From contig JBEKDT010000020.1 in NCBI GenBank assembly GCA_050014195.1, positions 1 to 64,000 on the forward strand: a DNA stretch of 64,000 bases, written 5' to 3'. Numbering within the stretch: position 1 is the first letter of the stretch; each line of letters starts with the position of its first letter. Under the pieces are notes generated by a model. That model was given only the letters and a program-made list of their open reading frames with translations, was not told where the DNA came from and did not search any database. Of this stretch, positions 48,993 to 59,030 are shown piece after piece. The position numbers were made by a program, and so were the translations under genes. Origin of the DNA: Desulfomonilia bacterium (lineage in GTDB: Bacteria > Desulfobacterota > Desulfomonilia > UBA1062).

Positions 48993-49304
48993 GACAGCAT
49001 CCTCTCCTTTCATGACCTGTTTCCTTCCCTAAGAAAGCGGTCCCAGCCTCGATGTCAATGCTCATAAAAACCCATCCTTCCGCAGAGCTGGGTTTAAGTT
49101 GACATTATATTGGCTTGATATCATATTCAACGGGTGATACAAAAGCAACAAGGATGCAATGATCACCTTTAAGATCCATAACTCGTGAGAGAAGGAGTCC
49201 GACAGCCCTCATGATGCACCCCGGTGGATTATAAGAACGCAGGTGGAAAACCCACGGGCAGTAAACAGCCGAGTGGAAGAAGTAGCTTAAGAAGGAGGTT
49301 TCAA

Positions 49305-49532
49305 ATGAACATAAATCAAGAGATTGAAAAAGTCGCTTATGAACTTTATGAGAAGGATGGCTGCATACCAGGCCGGGATCGGGAACACTGGCTTGAGGCC
49401 GAAAAGATAGTGCATGCCAGATATTCAGTATCCTTTGACGAGAAACAGGCTAAGACCAAAAAGTCTTCCACCTCTAAGCCATCAACAAAAAAAGTCACAG
49501 CAAAAGAAAGTAAGACGACCACCCGAAGCTAG
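49305..49532 (+). CDS. DUF2934 domain protein
   Basis: IEKVAYELYEKDG..PGRDREHWLEAE; SD aggagg. Confidence 0.85.
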   Translation: MNINQEIEKVAYELYEKDGCIPGRDREHWLEAEKIVHARYSVSFDEKQAKTKKSSTSKPSTKKVTAKESKTTTRS

Positions 49533-49571
49533 ACTGCAAAAAATGATGTATTAAGCATTCCACCATTTGCC

Positions 49572-49613
49572 CCTCTGGAGAAGCGCTCAGGCCTTCGATT
49601 CTCCAGAGGCTTT
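49572..49613 (+). terminator. Probable intrinsic terminator
   Basis: cctctggagaa...ttctccagagg stem followed by cttt. Confidence 0.5.
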
Positions 49614-49750
49614 CGGCTGTTCTTGCCTTTTTAAGAGCTGCGCAATGTGTTAACGAATCGTAAATACCGATGAAAAGTCGTCCGTTGCTTGTTGCACCCC
49701 CATTGCATCAGAAGCGCGTTTGCGCATATATACTGGCAGGAGGGTAAGCC

Positions 49751-50527
49751 ATGCCTGCCGAGATCGAGACAAAGCTTGTTGTCCTGGGGGATGAATCAGA
49801 GGCCATCTTGAAAGAGATTGCATCCTATGACGTTATCGGCATGTATAAACTCCTGCGTGGGAAAACGAAAATGCTTCAGGATACTTATTTTGATACACCC
49901 GCCAAGGCCCTCTTCGGAGAGGGTATCGCCCTGAGAACTCGAGAGCAGGAAGGCTCTGTCGTTATCTGCATCAAAAAGGATGAACATACTGATGAGCATG
50001 GGACAACACATAGAGATGAGACAGAACTTTCCTGGTCATCGGAGTCCTTGGCTTATATCTTGAAAACCCTGCCGGATATCCCCGTACCGGCCGGAGCAAG
50101 CGATATTAAAGCGAGTACACCCAGGAAGTACCTGGAAGGGCTTGGGCTTATATCAATCCATGAGCGGCAGACACGAAGACTTACAATGGATGTGGTGGCC
50201 CTTATTGAGCCTGAAAAAGGCATCATTGCGGAGATAGCCCTCGATAAGGTCAACTACCTCATCGGTGGCTCACGAATACTTCATTACGAGATCGAGGTTG
50301 AGGCAAAGGCACCCAGTGCTGTGGAACACATCATTCACCTGACCAATTTTTTTAGAAAGACCTATGGGAATAAAATCATTCCTTGGGATCACAACAAGCT
50401 GCTCACCGGATTCGCCATGGAGCAACTCTATTTCCAAGGGAAGCTCTCCATCCCTCCCGGAGAAACCTTATCCATGAGCCGAGATTCATACGATGCCGTC
50501 AATGTGTTTTTAAAACATGCTTCTTAA
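49751..50527 (+). CDS. CYTH domain protein (triphosphate tunnel metalloenzyme)
   Basis: EIETK, DTYFDT, ALRTR, EIALD, EIEVE. Confidence 0.88.
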   Translation: MPAEIETKLVVLGDESEAILKEIASYDVIGMYKLLRGKTKMLQDTYFDTPAKALFGEGIALRTREQEGSVVICIKKDEHTDEHGTTHRDETELSWSSESLAYILKTLPDIPVPAGASDIKASTPRKYLEGLGLISIHERQTRRLTMDVVALIEPEKGIIAEIALDKVNYLIGGSRILHYEIEVEAKAPSAVEHIIHLTNFFRKTYGNKIIPWDHNKLLTGFAMEQLYFQGKLSIPPGETLSMSRDSYDAVNVFLKHAS

Positions 50528-50569
50528 TGTCCGGCATGAACCGTTAAGGCAGATTTGAATCTCCAAATT

Positions 50570-50608
50570 TGTGAGGAAATGATGAAGATTGTATGAATAA
50601 TGTGTGAA
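50570..50608 (-). promoter_or_regulatory. Pho-box-like array in inverted orientation upstream of phoB
   Basis: Minus strand TTCACA, TTCATA, TTCATC, CTCACA at exact 11-bp spacing. Confidence 0.55.
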
Positions 50609-50708
50609 TTCATACATGTTCTCTTGCAACTGATCTGCACACGGGATATATGACCCATAAAACTTTCCAAGATACATTCCATGCCGATGTTAGGGTATTG
50701 CTTAAAGG

Positions 50709-51395
50709 ATGGAATTGATGGGTAGCCGTATAGCTGTGGTAGATGATGAACCTGATATCATCCACCTGGTAAGTATACACCTCAAGAAGGCCGGGTTCTC
50801 TGTGGACAGCTTTCTCAATGGAAGCTCCTTGTTTAATTTTCTCTCTGCAAACATCCCCGACCTCGTCATCCTTGACCTCATGCTGCCCGATCTTGATGGG
50901 CTCACCGTGTGCAGGATGATGAAAAATGATTCAAGATACTCATCCATCCCCATCATCATGCTTACGGCAAAGGGACAAGAGATCGACAAGGTGTCCGGAC
51001 TAGAGCTTGGGGCTGATGACTACGTGACCAAGCCTTTTTCACCCAAAGAGCTTATCGCACGCGTCAAGGCGATACTGAGGAGGACGGCGCACAAACTGGC
51101 AGAACCCATCTCCGTCGGGGACAAACTCTTCATCGACCCGGAAAGATTTGAGGCCAAGGTTGACGATGAACCCGTGATGCTGACGGCTGTCGAATTCAAA
51201 ATACTCCTTCTGCTTGCTACAAACCGTGGCAAGGTCTTCAGCAGAGAGCGCATCCTCGACCATCTCTGGGGAAATGAGAAGGCCGTTTTAGACCGGACTG
51301 TGGACGTTCACATCAAGAACTTACGCGATAAACTCGGTCCTGCAGGTGACTTCATCAGAAACGTACGCGGCGTGGGCTATAAACTACAGGCATGA
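50709..51395 (+). CDS. phoB: OmpR/PhoB family response regulator
   Basis: VVDDE, DLMLP, MLTAK, GADDYVTKPFS, RTVDVHI; pst context. Confidence 0.88.
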   Translation: MELMGSRIAVVDDEPDIIHLVSIHLKKAGFSVDSFLNGSSLFNFLSANIPDLVILDLMLPDLDGLTVCRMMKNDSRYSSIPIIMLTAKGQEIDKVSGLELGADDYVTKPFSPKELIARVKAILRRTAHKLAEPISVGDKLFIDPERFEAKVDDEPVMLTAVEFKILLLLATNRGKVFSRERILDHLWGNEKAVLDRTVDVHIKNLRDKLGPAGDFIRNVRGVGYKLQA

Positions 51396-53107
51396 GAAGA
51401 CCCATTTTTTTCAAGATCTTCGCAGGGTTTCTGGTAATGACGGTTACCCTTGCGATTCTCATCCTTATCCTATCGTATGAGATTATCCGGTCGCATTATA
51501 TAAGGACCACTGCACAAAATCTTCAAAATATCGGCCTGCCCCTGAGGCAGGATATTATCCCTCTCCTTGAAAAAGGCGATACTGAAGCCCTGAATGAAAC
51601 AGCCAGGCTCTACGGGCATGAGCTTGAGATCAGGGTGACCATTATCGATGCCTCGGGCAAGGTGCTTGCAGACTCGGAAAGGGACCCGGCAACCATGGAG
51701 AACCACCGGGACAGGCCCGAGGTAAAACAGGCCCTCGTTGGGGCTTTAGGCCAGAGCATAAGATACAGCACGACCCTCGAACAGGAGCTTCTCTACATTG
51801 CACTGCCGATAAAGGTGCATGACAAAATCGATGGCGTGCTCCGGCTGAGCATGACACTCAAGCACATAAGCGACCTCCTCGGTACCCTGCTAAACAGGCT
51901 TATATGGCTCACAGCGATCATCATCGTACTGTCTCTTATGTTCTCAGCCATCTTCTCCCACCTGCTCTCGACACCCATCCGGGCCTTGAGCAAGGCTGCC
52001 GGCAACGTCGCAAAAGGCGACTTCTCCGTGCGGGTAGCTCCGGGCGGCAATGATGAGATCAGGGACCTCAACGAGAGCTTCAACGAGATGGCGCAAAGGC
52101 TTGAAGCATTCTTTCATGAGTTAAATGCCCAAAAGGAAGAGCTCGAGAGTATAGTTGCATCCATCAGCGAGGTTCTGCTCGTGCTCGATGGTGAGGGTAA
52201 GGTAACTCTATTCAATGTAGCAGCCAGCAAAATCATCGATGCCGAGGTCATCATCGACAGGTATTACTGGGAGATACTCAGGTCAGCCAAGCTCAATACC
52301 CTTGTGGAAGAGGCTGCACAAAATCCGTCGACCGGAGAGGTGGATCTTGCAGGGAAGACATATCTCTGCAGCATAACACCCCTTGCGACAAAACAGGCAA
52401 AAGTGATGGTCCTCCACGATATCACTGAGATGAAGCAGATCGAACATATCAAAAAGGACCTGGCAGTAAACGTCTCACACGAGCTGAGGACACCACTTAC
52501 TGCTATCAAGGGCTTTACCGAGACCCTGATGGATGAGGCAGGCTCATCATCACAGGAATACCTCAGGATCATCCACAGGCATACGGAGCGGCTCATTGCC
52601 ATGGTGAACGATCTGCTCATACTCTCGGAGATGGAAGAGAAACCAAGTCTTGCCCTTGAGGATGTGAATATATACGACCTTATGAAGGGGCTGATATCCA
52701 TCTATGAACCCAGGATAAAGGCAAAGGGTCTTGCATTAAACGTAAGGTGCCCTGCCATCATCATCAAGGCGGACCCCTTCAAGCTCGAACAGCTTCTCAC
52801 AAACCTTATCGACAATGCCCTGAAGTACACGGAGAAAGGAGAGATCTCTGTTACCGTAGAGATCCAAGGTGATGCGGTCATTATCTCCGTGAAAGATACC
52901 GGGGTCGGGATACCCAGCGAGCACGTTTCACGAATATTCGAGCGATTTTACGTGGTAGACAAATCAAGGTCCAGGAGTATGGGCGGCACGGGGCTGGGCT
53001 TGGCAATTGCAAAACATATCGCAACGCTCCATGGTGGAAAAATCGAGGTGGAAAGCACACCATACATGGGAAGCGCCTTCACCGTTTCCATACCAGTGAA
53101 GCATTAA
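51392..53107 (+). CDS. phoR: Sensor histidine kinase (HAMP-PAS-HisKA-HATPase)
   Basis: MENHRDRPEV, NVSHELRTPLT, NLIDNALKY, FERFY, GGTGLGL. Confidence 0.88.
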   Translation: MRRPIFFKIFAGFLVMTVTLAILILILSYEIIRSHYIRTTAQNLQNIGLPLRQDIIPLLEKGDTEALNETARLYGHELEIRVTIIDASGKVLADSERDPATMENHRDRPEVKQALVGALGQSIRYSTTLEQELLYIALPIKVHDKIDGVLRLSMTLKHISDLLGTLLNRLIWLTAIIIVLSLMFSAIFSHLLSTPIRALSKAAGNVAKGDFSVRVAPGGNDEIRDLNESFNEMAQRLEAFFHELNAQKEELESIVASISEVLLVLDGEGKVTLFNVAASKIIDAEVIIDRYYWEILRSAKLNTLVEEAAQNPSTGEVDLAGKTYLCSITPLATKQAKVMVLHDITEMKQIEHIKKDLAVNVSHELRTPLTAIKGFTETLMDEAGSSSQEYLRIIHRHTERLIAMVNDLLILSEMEEKPSLALEDVNIYDLMKGLISIYEPRIKAKGLALNVRCPAIIIKADPFKLEQLLTNLIDNALKYTEKGEISVTVEIQGDAVIISVKDTGVGIPSEHVSRIFERFYVVDKSRSRSMGGTGLGLAIAKHIATLHGGKIEVESTPYMGSAFTVSIPVKH

Positions 53108-53254
53108 AATTATCGCCCATAACTCTATCCTGCATCAAACAGAAAAAATCCCCTGGAAATTGGCTACATCGGTGCTTGACTGATCAGGGTAATCCTTATA
53201 AGAAAATCCTGATACTATCGAAACAACATCTTGAGAGGGATTGAGGAGGAGGAT

Positions 53255-53881
53255 ATGGGGTTCAGCTTTCTCCCTAAGGATCAGAATTTCTTCGTCCTGT
53301 TCAACAAGCAGGTTCAGTATGCGGTAAATGCAGCGGTCCTGTTCGCAGAGATGACCGCAAAGGGCACCTTCGACACCGATATGGTACAGAAGATGCGCGA
53401 TATCGAGCACGATGCCGATGAGGTCGCCCACGAGATCATGAGCCGCCTCAACAAGACCTTCATCACCCCCTTTGACCGTGAGGACATACACGCACTGGCA
53501 TGTGAGCTCGACGACGTAATCGATATGATCTACACCATCGCCAACCGCATGAAGGTCTATAAGATCGTAACAATAGATGCAGACCTCATCGAATTCTCCA
53601 CTGTCATGGAAAAATCGGTTCATGCCCTTGCCAAGGCCATCGAGGGATTAAGCAACCCCAAGCGGCCGCAGACAACGCTCGATGCCTGTATCGAGGTAAA
53701 CCGGCTCGAGAATATCGGGGACACCATGAGGGATGCAATCCTGGCCAACCTATTCGAAACAGTGCAGGACCCAATCTTCCTGATCAAATGGAAGGAGATC
53801 TACCAGTTCGCCGAGACCGTGCTGGATATCTGTGAGGACGTTGCCCACATCGTGGAATCCATCATCGTTAAGCAAGCATAG
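53255..53881 (+). CDS. DUF47 phosphate transport regulator (PhoU-like)
   Basis: EHDAD, FITPFDREDI, LENIGD, IKWKEIY. Confidence 0.92.
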   Translation: MGFSFLPKDQNFFVLFNKQVQYAVNAAVLFAEMTAKGTFDTDMVQKMRDIEHDADEVAHEIMSRLNKTFITPFDREDIHALACELDDVIDMIYTIANRMKVYKIVTIDADLIEFSTVMEKSVHALAKAIEGLSNPKRPQTTLDACIEVNRLENIGDTMRDAILANLFETVQDPIFLIKWKEIYQFAETVLDICEDVAHIVESIIVKQA

Positions 53882-53884
53882 GCA

Positions 53885-54865
53885 ATGACCCTTTACATCA
53901 TCTTCCTGATCCTCCTTGCGCTCACGTTCGACTTTTTAAATGGGTTTAACGACTCTGCAAACTCTATTGCAACCGTTGTGTCCACTCGTGTTCTCACGCC
54001 GCGGCGGGCAGTCATCTGGGCCGCCTTCTTCAACTTCATCGCCTTCCTTTTTCTGGGGCTGCACGTGGCCAATACTATCGGCAAGGGGATCGTTGATGTC
54101 GGTGTTATTGACCCGCACATTATCTTTGCGACATTAATCGGTGCATGCCTCTGGGATATCATCGCCTGGTACTTCGGCCTCCCGACGAGCTCATCGCACG
54201 CACTCATAGGCGGACTGGTGGGTTCGGCCCTTGTCAAGGCAGGGCCACATGCCCTTGTTTACAAGGGTATTTTTAAGACAATTTCATTCATCTTTATCTC
54301 ACCCATGGTCGGACTTATGCTCGGCTTGGCCATCGGAATGGCTGTATACCGTTTCTTCAAGAAGTCCACCCCGCTGCATGTGGACCATGTCTTCAGGAAG
54401 GGCCAGCTCGTCTCTGCCGCCCTGTTCAGCCTGGGCCACGGCGGAAACGATGCCCAGAAGACCATGGGCATCATCGCAGGCCTCCTGTTCAGCGCAGGGC
54501 TCTTGGGTGACAAATTCTACATCCCGTTCTGGGTGGTCATCTCATGCCAGGCGGCCATTGCCTTGGGGACCATGTTCGGTGGCTGGCGCATCGTGAAGAC
54601 CATGGGCCAGAAGATCGCCAAGCTCAAGCCGGTGGACGGCTTCTGTGCCGAATCCGGTGCAGCCATCTCCCTGTTCATTACTACGGCTATGGGTATCCCG
54701 GTGAGCACCACGCATACCATCACCGGCGCCATCATGGGCGTGGGGTCATTGCGCCGCATGAGTGCGGTGCGCTGGGGGGTGGCGGGTCGTATCATCTGGG
54801 CCTGGATCTTCACCATCCCCTGCTCCGCCACTGTCTCCGCTATTACCTACCTTATTGTCGGGTAG
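53885..54865 (+). CDS. PiT family inorganic phosphate transporter (copy 1)
   Basis: NGFNDSANSIAT, PTSSSHA, HGGNDAQK, PVSTTH. Confidence 0.93.
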   Translation: MTLYIIFLILLALTFDFLNGFNDSANSIATVVSTRVLTPRRAVIWAAFFNFIAFLFLGLHVANTIGKGIVDVGVIDPHIIFATLIGACLWDIIAWYFGLPTSSSHALIGGLVGSALVKAGPHALVYKGIFKTISFIFISPMVGLMLGLAIGMAVYRFFKKSTPLHVDHVFRKGQLVSAALFSLGHGGNDAQKTMGIIAGLLFSAGLLGDKFYIPFWVVISCQAAIALGTMFGGWRIVKTMGQKIAKLKPVDGFCAESGAAISLFITTAMGIPVSTTHTITGAIMGVGSLRRMSAVRWGVAGRIIWAWIFTIPCSATVSAITYLIVG

Positions 54866-54953
54866 ACCTCCACATCAGACAAACGATACATATGTGAGTT
54901 GCATTACTTCTGAGATTTTTCTCCAAAGCAATATCAGGATCAATATTCATTTC

Positions 54954-54992
54954 TTCATGAAAAATTAACCAAATATTCATTATTCATTAACA
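54954..54992 (+). promoter_or_regulatory. Pho-box array upstream of pit copy 2
   Basis: TTCATG, TTAACC, TTCATT, TTAACA at 54954/65/76/87. Confidence 0.7.
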
Positions 54993-55108
54993 ATGACTAT
55001 TCTATACATACATAAAACCACCGGTATGATACAAAAACGACAGGGTACATTTTACACCACAGCCAAGACTCCGGTAGCTCGGTATTCATCCCGGGGGATG
55101 AACCGGAT

Positions 55109-56104
55109 ATGACCGCTTACATCTTTTTTCTGATCATGCTTGCACTTACGTTTGATTTTCTGAACGGGTTCCACGACTCTGCAAATTCAATAGCCACCAT
55201 CGTCTCCACGCGAGTTCTTTCGCCGAGGTATGCCGTGATCTGGGCCGCCTTTTTCAACTTTGTCGCCTTTCTGTTCCTCGGGCTGCACGTGGCCAACACT
55301 ATAGGGAAGGGGATCGTGGATGTGGGTATCATAGATCCCACTATCATCTTCGCTACACTGGTAAGTGCATGCCTCTGGGATATCACAACATGGTATTTCG
55401 GTCTGCCCACAAGTTCCTCCCATGCCCTTATCGGGGGGCTGGTGGGTGCAGCTCTCGTGAAGGCAGGCTCGGGGTCGCTTGTGATGAAAGGTATCGTGAA
55501 GACAATCCTTTTTATCTTTGTCTCCCCTACCGTCGGGCTTATCCTTGGGCTTCTCATCGGCATAGTCGTCTACCGGACCTTCAGAAAATCGACTCCACGC
55601 AATGTAGACCACATCTTCCGGAAAGGTCAGCTGGTATCGGCTGCACTCTACAGTCTCGGTCACGGCGGCAATGACGCCCAGAAGACCATGGGCATCATTG
55701 CCGGGCTCCTTTTCAGTGCAGGCCTCCTGGGTGACAAATTCTATATCCCGTTCTGGGTGGTCATTGCCTGTCAAACCGCCATTGCACTTGGAACCATGTT
55801 CGGAGGCTGGCGCATCGTGAAGACCATGGGCCAGAAGATCGCCAAGCTCAAGCCGGTAGACGGATTCTGTGCGGAGACGGGCGCGGCCTTAACCCTGTTC
55901 CTCTCAACGGCTATGGGGATCCCGGTAAGCACGACCCATACCATCACCGGCGCCATCATGGGGGTCGGGTCGCTGCGTCGCCTGAGCGCTGTGAAGTGGG
56001 GCGTTGCAGGCCGCATCGTTTGGGCGTGGATACTCACCATCCCTGCTGCTGCAATCATATCCGCCATCACTTACCTGCTTGCCAGGCAGGGTTTTTTAAA
56101 ATAG
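55109..56104 (+). CDS. PiT family inorganic phosphate transporter (copy 2)
   Basis: NGFHDSANSIAT etc.; closely similar to copy 1. Confidence 0.93.
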   Translation: MTAYIFFLIMLALTFDFLNGFHDSANSIATIVSTRVLSPRYAVIWAAFFNFVAFLFLGLHVANTIGKGIVDVGIIDPTIIFATLVSACLWDITTWYFGLPTSSSHALIGGLVGAALVKAGSGSLVMKGIVKTILFIFVSPTVGLILGLLIGIVVYRTFRKSTPRNVDHIFRKGQLVSAALYSLGHGGNDAQKTMGIIAGLLFSAGLLGDKFYIPFWVVIACQTAIALGTMFGGWRIVKTMGQKIAKLKPVDGFCAETGAALTLFLSTAMGIPVSTTHTITGAIMGVGSLRRLSAVKWGVAGRIVWAWILTIPAAAIISAITYLLARQGFLK

Positions 56105-56151
56105 AAAGCCTTTATAGCATTCTTAAACATCATTCCAATAAAGTACGAGGC

Positions 56152-56190
56152 TTAACGAAGAATTAACACACTCTTTATTCAACATTAACA
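56152..56190 (+). promoter_or_regulatory. Pho-box array upstream of pstS
   Basis: TTAACG, TTAACA, TTTATT, TTAACA at 56152/63/74/85. Confidence 0.72.
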
Positions 56191-56229
56191 TTTAAGCTCT
56201 ATCTGAAATAAAAACAGTGGAGGAATTTC

Positions 56230-57063
56230 ATGAAAACGAGATTGTTCTCAAAGATAACATGGTACGTTATGGCGGCCCTGATCATTGCCATGCCAGCCGC
56301 AATAGTCCATGCTACCGGGAATACCATTACCATCAAGGGCTCTACAACCGTACTGCCCGTAGCACAAGCGGCATCCGAGGTCTTTATGGAAAAGAACCCC
56401 GAGGTGAAGATATCGGTGCAGGGCGGCGGCTCCGGTGTGGGCATAGCCTCGCTCCTGGACAAGACCACTGATATTGCCGACTCATCGCGCAAGATCAGTC
56501 CCGAGGAGATCGAGAAGGCAAAGGCTGCAGGGGTCAACCCCAATGAGATCCCCATTGCCCTTGACGGCATCGCTGTCATCGTGCACCCGACCAATGCCGT
56601 CAAGGCACTGACCAAGGCCCAGATCAAAGATATCTTCACAGGCAAGATAACAAACTGGTCCGAGGTCGGCGGCAAGAATGCAAAGATCGTGGCCGTGAAC
56701 CGCGATACTTCAAGCGGCACCTTCGAGGCATTCGAGACACTTGCCCTGAACAAGGAGAAGGTCCGCCCCGATGCCCTGACCACGGCCTCCAATCAGGCTG
56801 TTGCCCAGACCGTTGCACAGACCCCGAACGCCATCGGCTATGTGGGGCATGGATTTTTAAGCCCGAAGGTAAAGGCGGTGACCGTTGACAAGATAGCATG
56901 CACCAAGCAGACCATCCAGTCTGAGAAATACCCCCTCTCCCGGTACTTGTACGTGTATACGAATGGCAAGCCGGCGGGGAACGTTCAGAAGTTCATCAAC
57001 TTCCTCCTGAGTGCCGAAGGCCAGAAGCTCGTGGTGCAAGAGGGTTTCGTCGAGGTAAGGTAG
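56230..57063 (+). CDS. pstS: Phosphate ABC substrate-binding protein
   Basis: KGSTTV, GGGSGVG, RDTSSGT, AIGYV, YPLSR. Confidence 0.93.
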   Translation: MKTRLFSKITWYVMAALIIAMPAAIVHATGNTITIKGSTTVLPVAQAASEVFMEKNPEVKISVQGGGSGVGIASLLDKTTDIADSSRKISPEEIEKAKAAGVNPNEIPIALDGIAVIVHPTNAVKALTKAQIKDIFTGKITNWSEVGGKNAKIVAVNRDTSSGTFEAFETLALNKEKVRPDALTTASNQAVAQTVAQTPNAIGYVGHGFLSPKVKAVTVDKIACTKQTIQSEKYPLSRYLYVYTNGKPAGNVQKFINFLLSAEGQKLVVQEGFVEVR

Positions 57064-57126
57064 TAATCCGATGCCTCCATACAGGAGGAAGGACTTCGTG
57101 CCCTTTCTCCCGTATGAAAGACTTCC

Positions 57127-57165
57127 TTAACCGATAATTCATCCAATCTTCATTTTGCCTTAACA
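57127..57165 (+). promoter_or_regulatory. Pho-box array upstream of pstC
   Basis: TTAACC, TTCATC, TTCATT, TTAACA at 57127/38/49/60. Confidence 0.7.
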
Positions 57166-57198
57166 ATTCTTCCCTACGTATTAATATGAGACGAGGGA

Positions 57199-58104
57199 GT
57201 GAAAGTGGACAGGAAAACCTTGCGAATACTCAAAGAGGCTTTTTATAAGTGGCTCTTCGCCATCCTGGCCTTTGCCTCACTCGTATTTCTGATAGGCATC
57301 ATCATTACGCTCCTCAAAGAGTCTTTGCCTGTATTTGCCAAGGTCAGGCTTACATCGTTCCTCTTCGGACAGAGCTGGTACCCGACAGCAACACCTCCTG
57401 AATTCGGCATATGGCCCCTCATCATAGCATCATTCACCGTCACCGCAGGTGCCATGATTGTCTGCGTCCCTATCGGGATCGGGACCGCGCTGTTCATCCA
57501 TGAGCTAGCAAGCCGGTCTCAGCGGGCATTCCTCAAGCCTGTCATCGAGATCCTGGCAGGCATCCCTTCCATTGTGTACGGCTTCTTCGGCATGGTCATT
57601 GTGGCCCCGTTCCTGCAGAACCTTCTCGGAATACCCACTGGTTTATGTGCATTCACAGCCAGTCTTGTGCTCGGCATCATGGCAACGCCGACCGTAGCAA
57701 GCCTTGCGGAAGACGCCTTGAGCTTCGTGCCCAGGAGTTTCAGAGAGGCGTCTTTGGCCCTGGGTGCAAACCGGTGGCAGACACTCACAAAGGTTGTCAT
57801 GCCCGCAGCGGGTTCCGGCATCTCCACGGCCATCATCCTAGGCATGGGCAGGGCCGTGGGCGAGACCATGACGGTGCTCATGGTGGCGGGCGGTGCGGCC
57901 ATGGTGCCTAAGAGCATCTTTGATCCTGTCCGGCCCATGACCTCCACTATCGCCGCCGAAATGGGCGAGGCAGTGCTGGGAAGCCTCCATTATCATGTGC
58001 TCTTTGCCATCGGGCTGATCCTCTTTCTGATCACGCTCGGGGTAAATATCATCGCTGAGATCTTGAGCAGGAGATACAGACTCAAGCTGGGGCTCGGGAG
58101 ATGA
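57199..58104 (+). CDS. pstC: Phosphate ABC permease
   Basis: [26 protein letters not shown]. Confidence 0.93.
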   Translation: MKVDRKTLRILKEAFYKWLFAILAFASLVFLIGIIITLLKESLPVFAKVRLTSFLFGQSWYPTATPPEFGIWPLIIASFTVTAGAMIVCVPIGIGTALFIHELASRSQRAFLKPVIEILAGIPSIVYGFFGMVIVAPFLQNLLGIPTGLCAFTASLVLGIMATPTVASLAEDALSFVPRSFREASLALGANRWQTLTKVVMPAAGSGISTAIILGMGRAVGETMTVLMVAGGAAMVPKSIFDPVRPMTSTIAAEMGEAVLGSLHYHVLFAIGLILFLITLGVNIIAEILSRRYRLKLGLGR

Positions 58105-59030
58105 CATCTCAAAACGGCATCACGGAAAATATCACCGGCACCTTGCCGGATAAGACCTTCGGACAGAAGAAGCTCATCAGGTTGAGTGATGTCACACAGG
58201 CCCTTGGGTTTCTCTTCCTGATTCTTTGCATCCTTTTCGCTCTCTTCTTTCTCGGATCCATCATCTACTTCATCACCTCTCGGGGGATAGCGGTCATATC
58301 CTGGGAGTTCCTCACCGATGTGCCCAGGAAGGCCATGACCAAAGGCGGCGTGGCCCCGGCCATCGTAGGTACATTTTATCTTACTATGGGCGCCATTGCA
58401 TTCTCCCTGCCGCTCGGGCTTGCCAGTGCCATCTATCTGTGCGAGTACAGCCCAAGCAACGTTGCGGTGAACATAATCCGCCTCTCCATCAACAACCTGG
58501 CTGGCATCCCATCCGTGGTGTTCGGCCTTTTCGGGTTCGCGGTCTTTGTCAAGATATTCGGCTTCGGAGTCTGTATCCTCTCCGGCAGCCTTACACTTGG
58601 GATAATGGCCTTGCCGGGTATCATCTCCGCCTCACAGGAGGCGATCCTGGCGGTACCCCAGTCTTACAAAGAGGCCTCCCTTGCCCTGGGCGCCACACAC
58701 TGGCAGACCATCAAGAAGGTGGTGCTGCCCACAGCCCTGCCGGGCATACTCACCGGCGTGATCCTGAATGTAGGCAGGGTGGCGGGTGAAACAGCTCCGA
58801 TCCTGTTTACCGCAGCCACCTTTTATACCCGGGACTATCCGAAGTCGGTTTTCTCCGAGGTCATGGCCCTGCCCTATCACATCTACGCGCTCATGACCGA
58901 GGGCACGCACCCGGAGGTGCAGACAGCAATCGCATACGGCTGTTCGCTCATCCTCCTGGCCCTTGTGCTTGCCATATCGGCCTGCGCCATTATCCTGAGG
59001 CAGAGACAGAGGATAACCTATGGATCCTAA
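58101..59030 (+). CDS. pstA: Phosphate ABC permease
   Basis: [26 protein letters not shown]. Confidence 0.93.
   Translation: MTSQNGITENITGTLPDKTFGQKKLIRLSDVTQALGFLFLILCILFALFFLGSIIYFITSRGIAVISWEFLTDVPRKAMTKGGVAPAIVGTFYLTMGAIAFSLPLGLASAIYLCEYSPSNVAVNIIRLSINNLAGIPSVVFGLFGFAVFVKIFGFGVCILSGSLTLGIMALPGIISASQEAILAVPQSYKEASLALGATHWQTIKKVVLPTALPGILTGVILNVGRVAGETAPILFTAATFYTRDYPKSVFSEVMALPYHIYALMTEGTHPEVQTAIAYGCSLILLALVLAISACAIILRQRQRITYGS

Noticed and set aside
49648-49675. Possible Pho box upstream of the CYTH gene
   Set aside because: Only one good unit; the spacing and matches of the others are poor.
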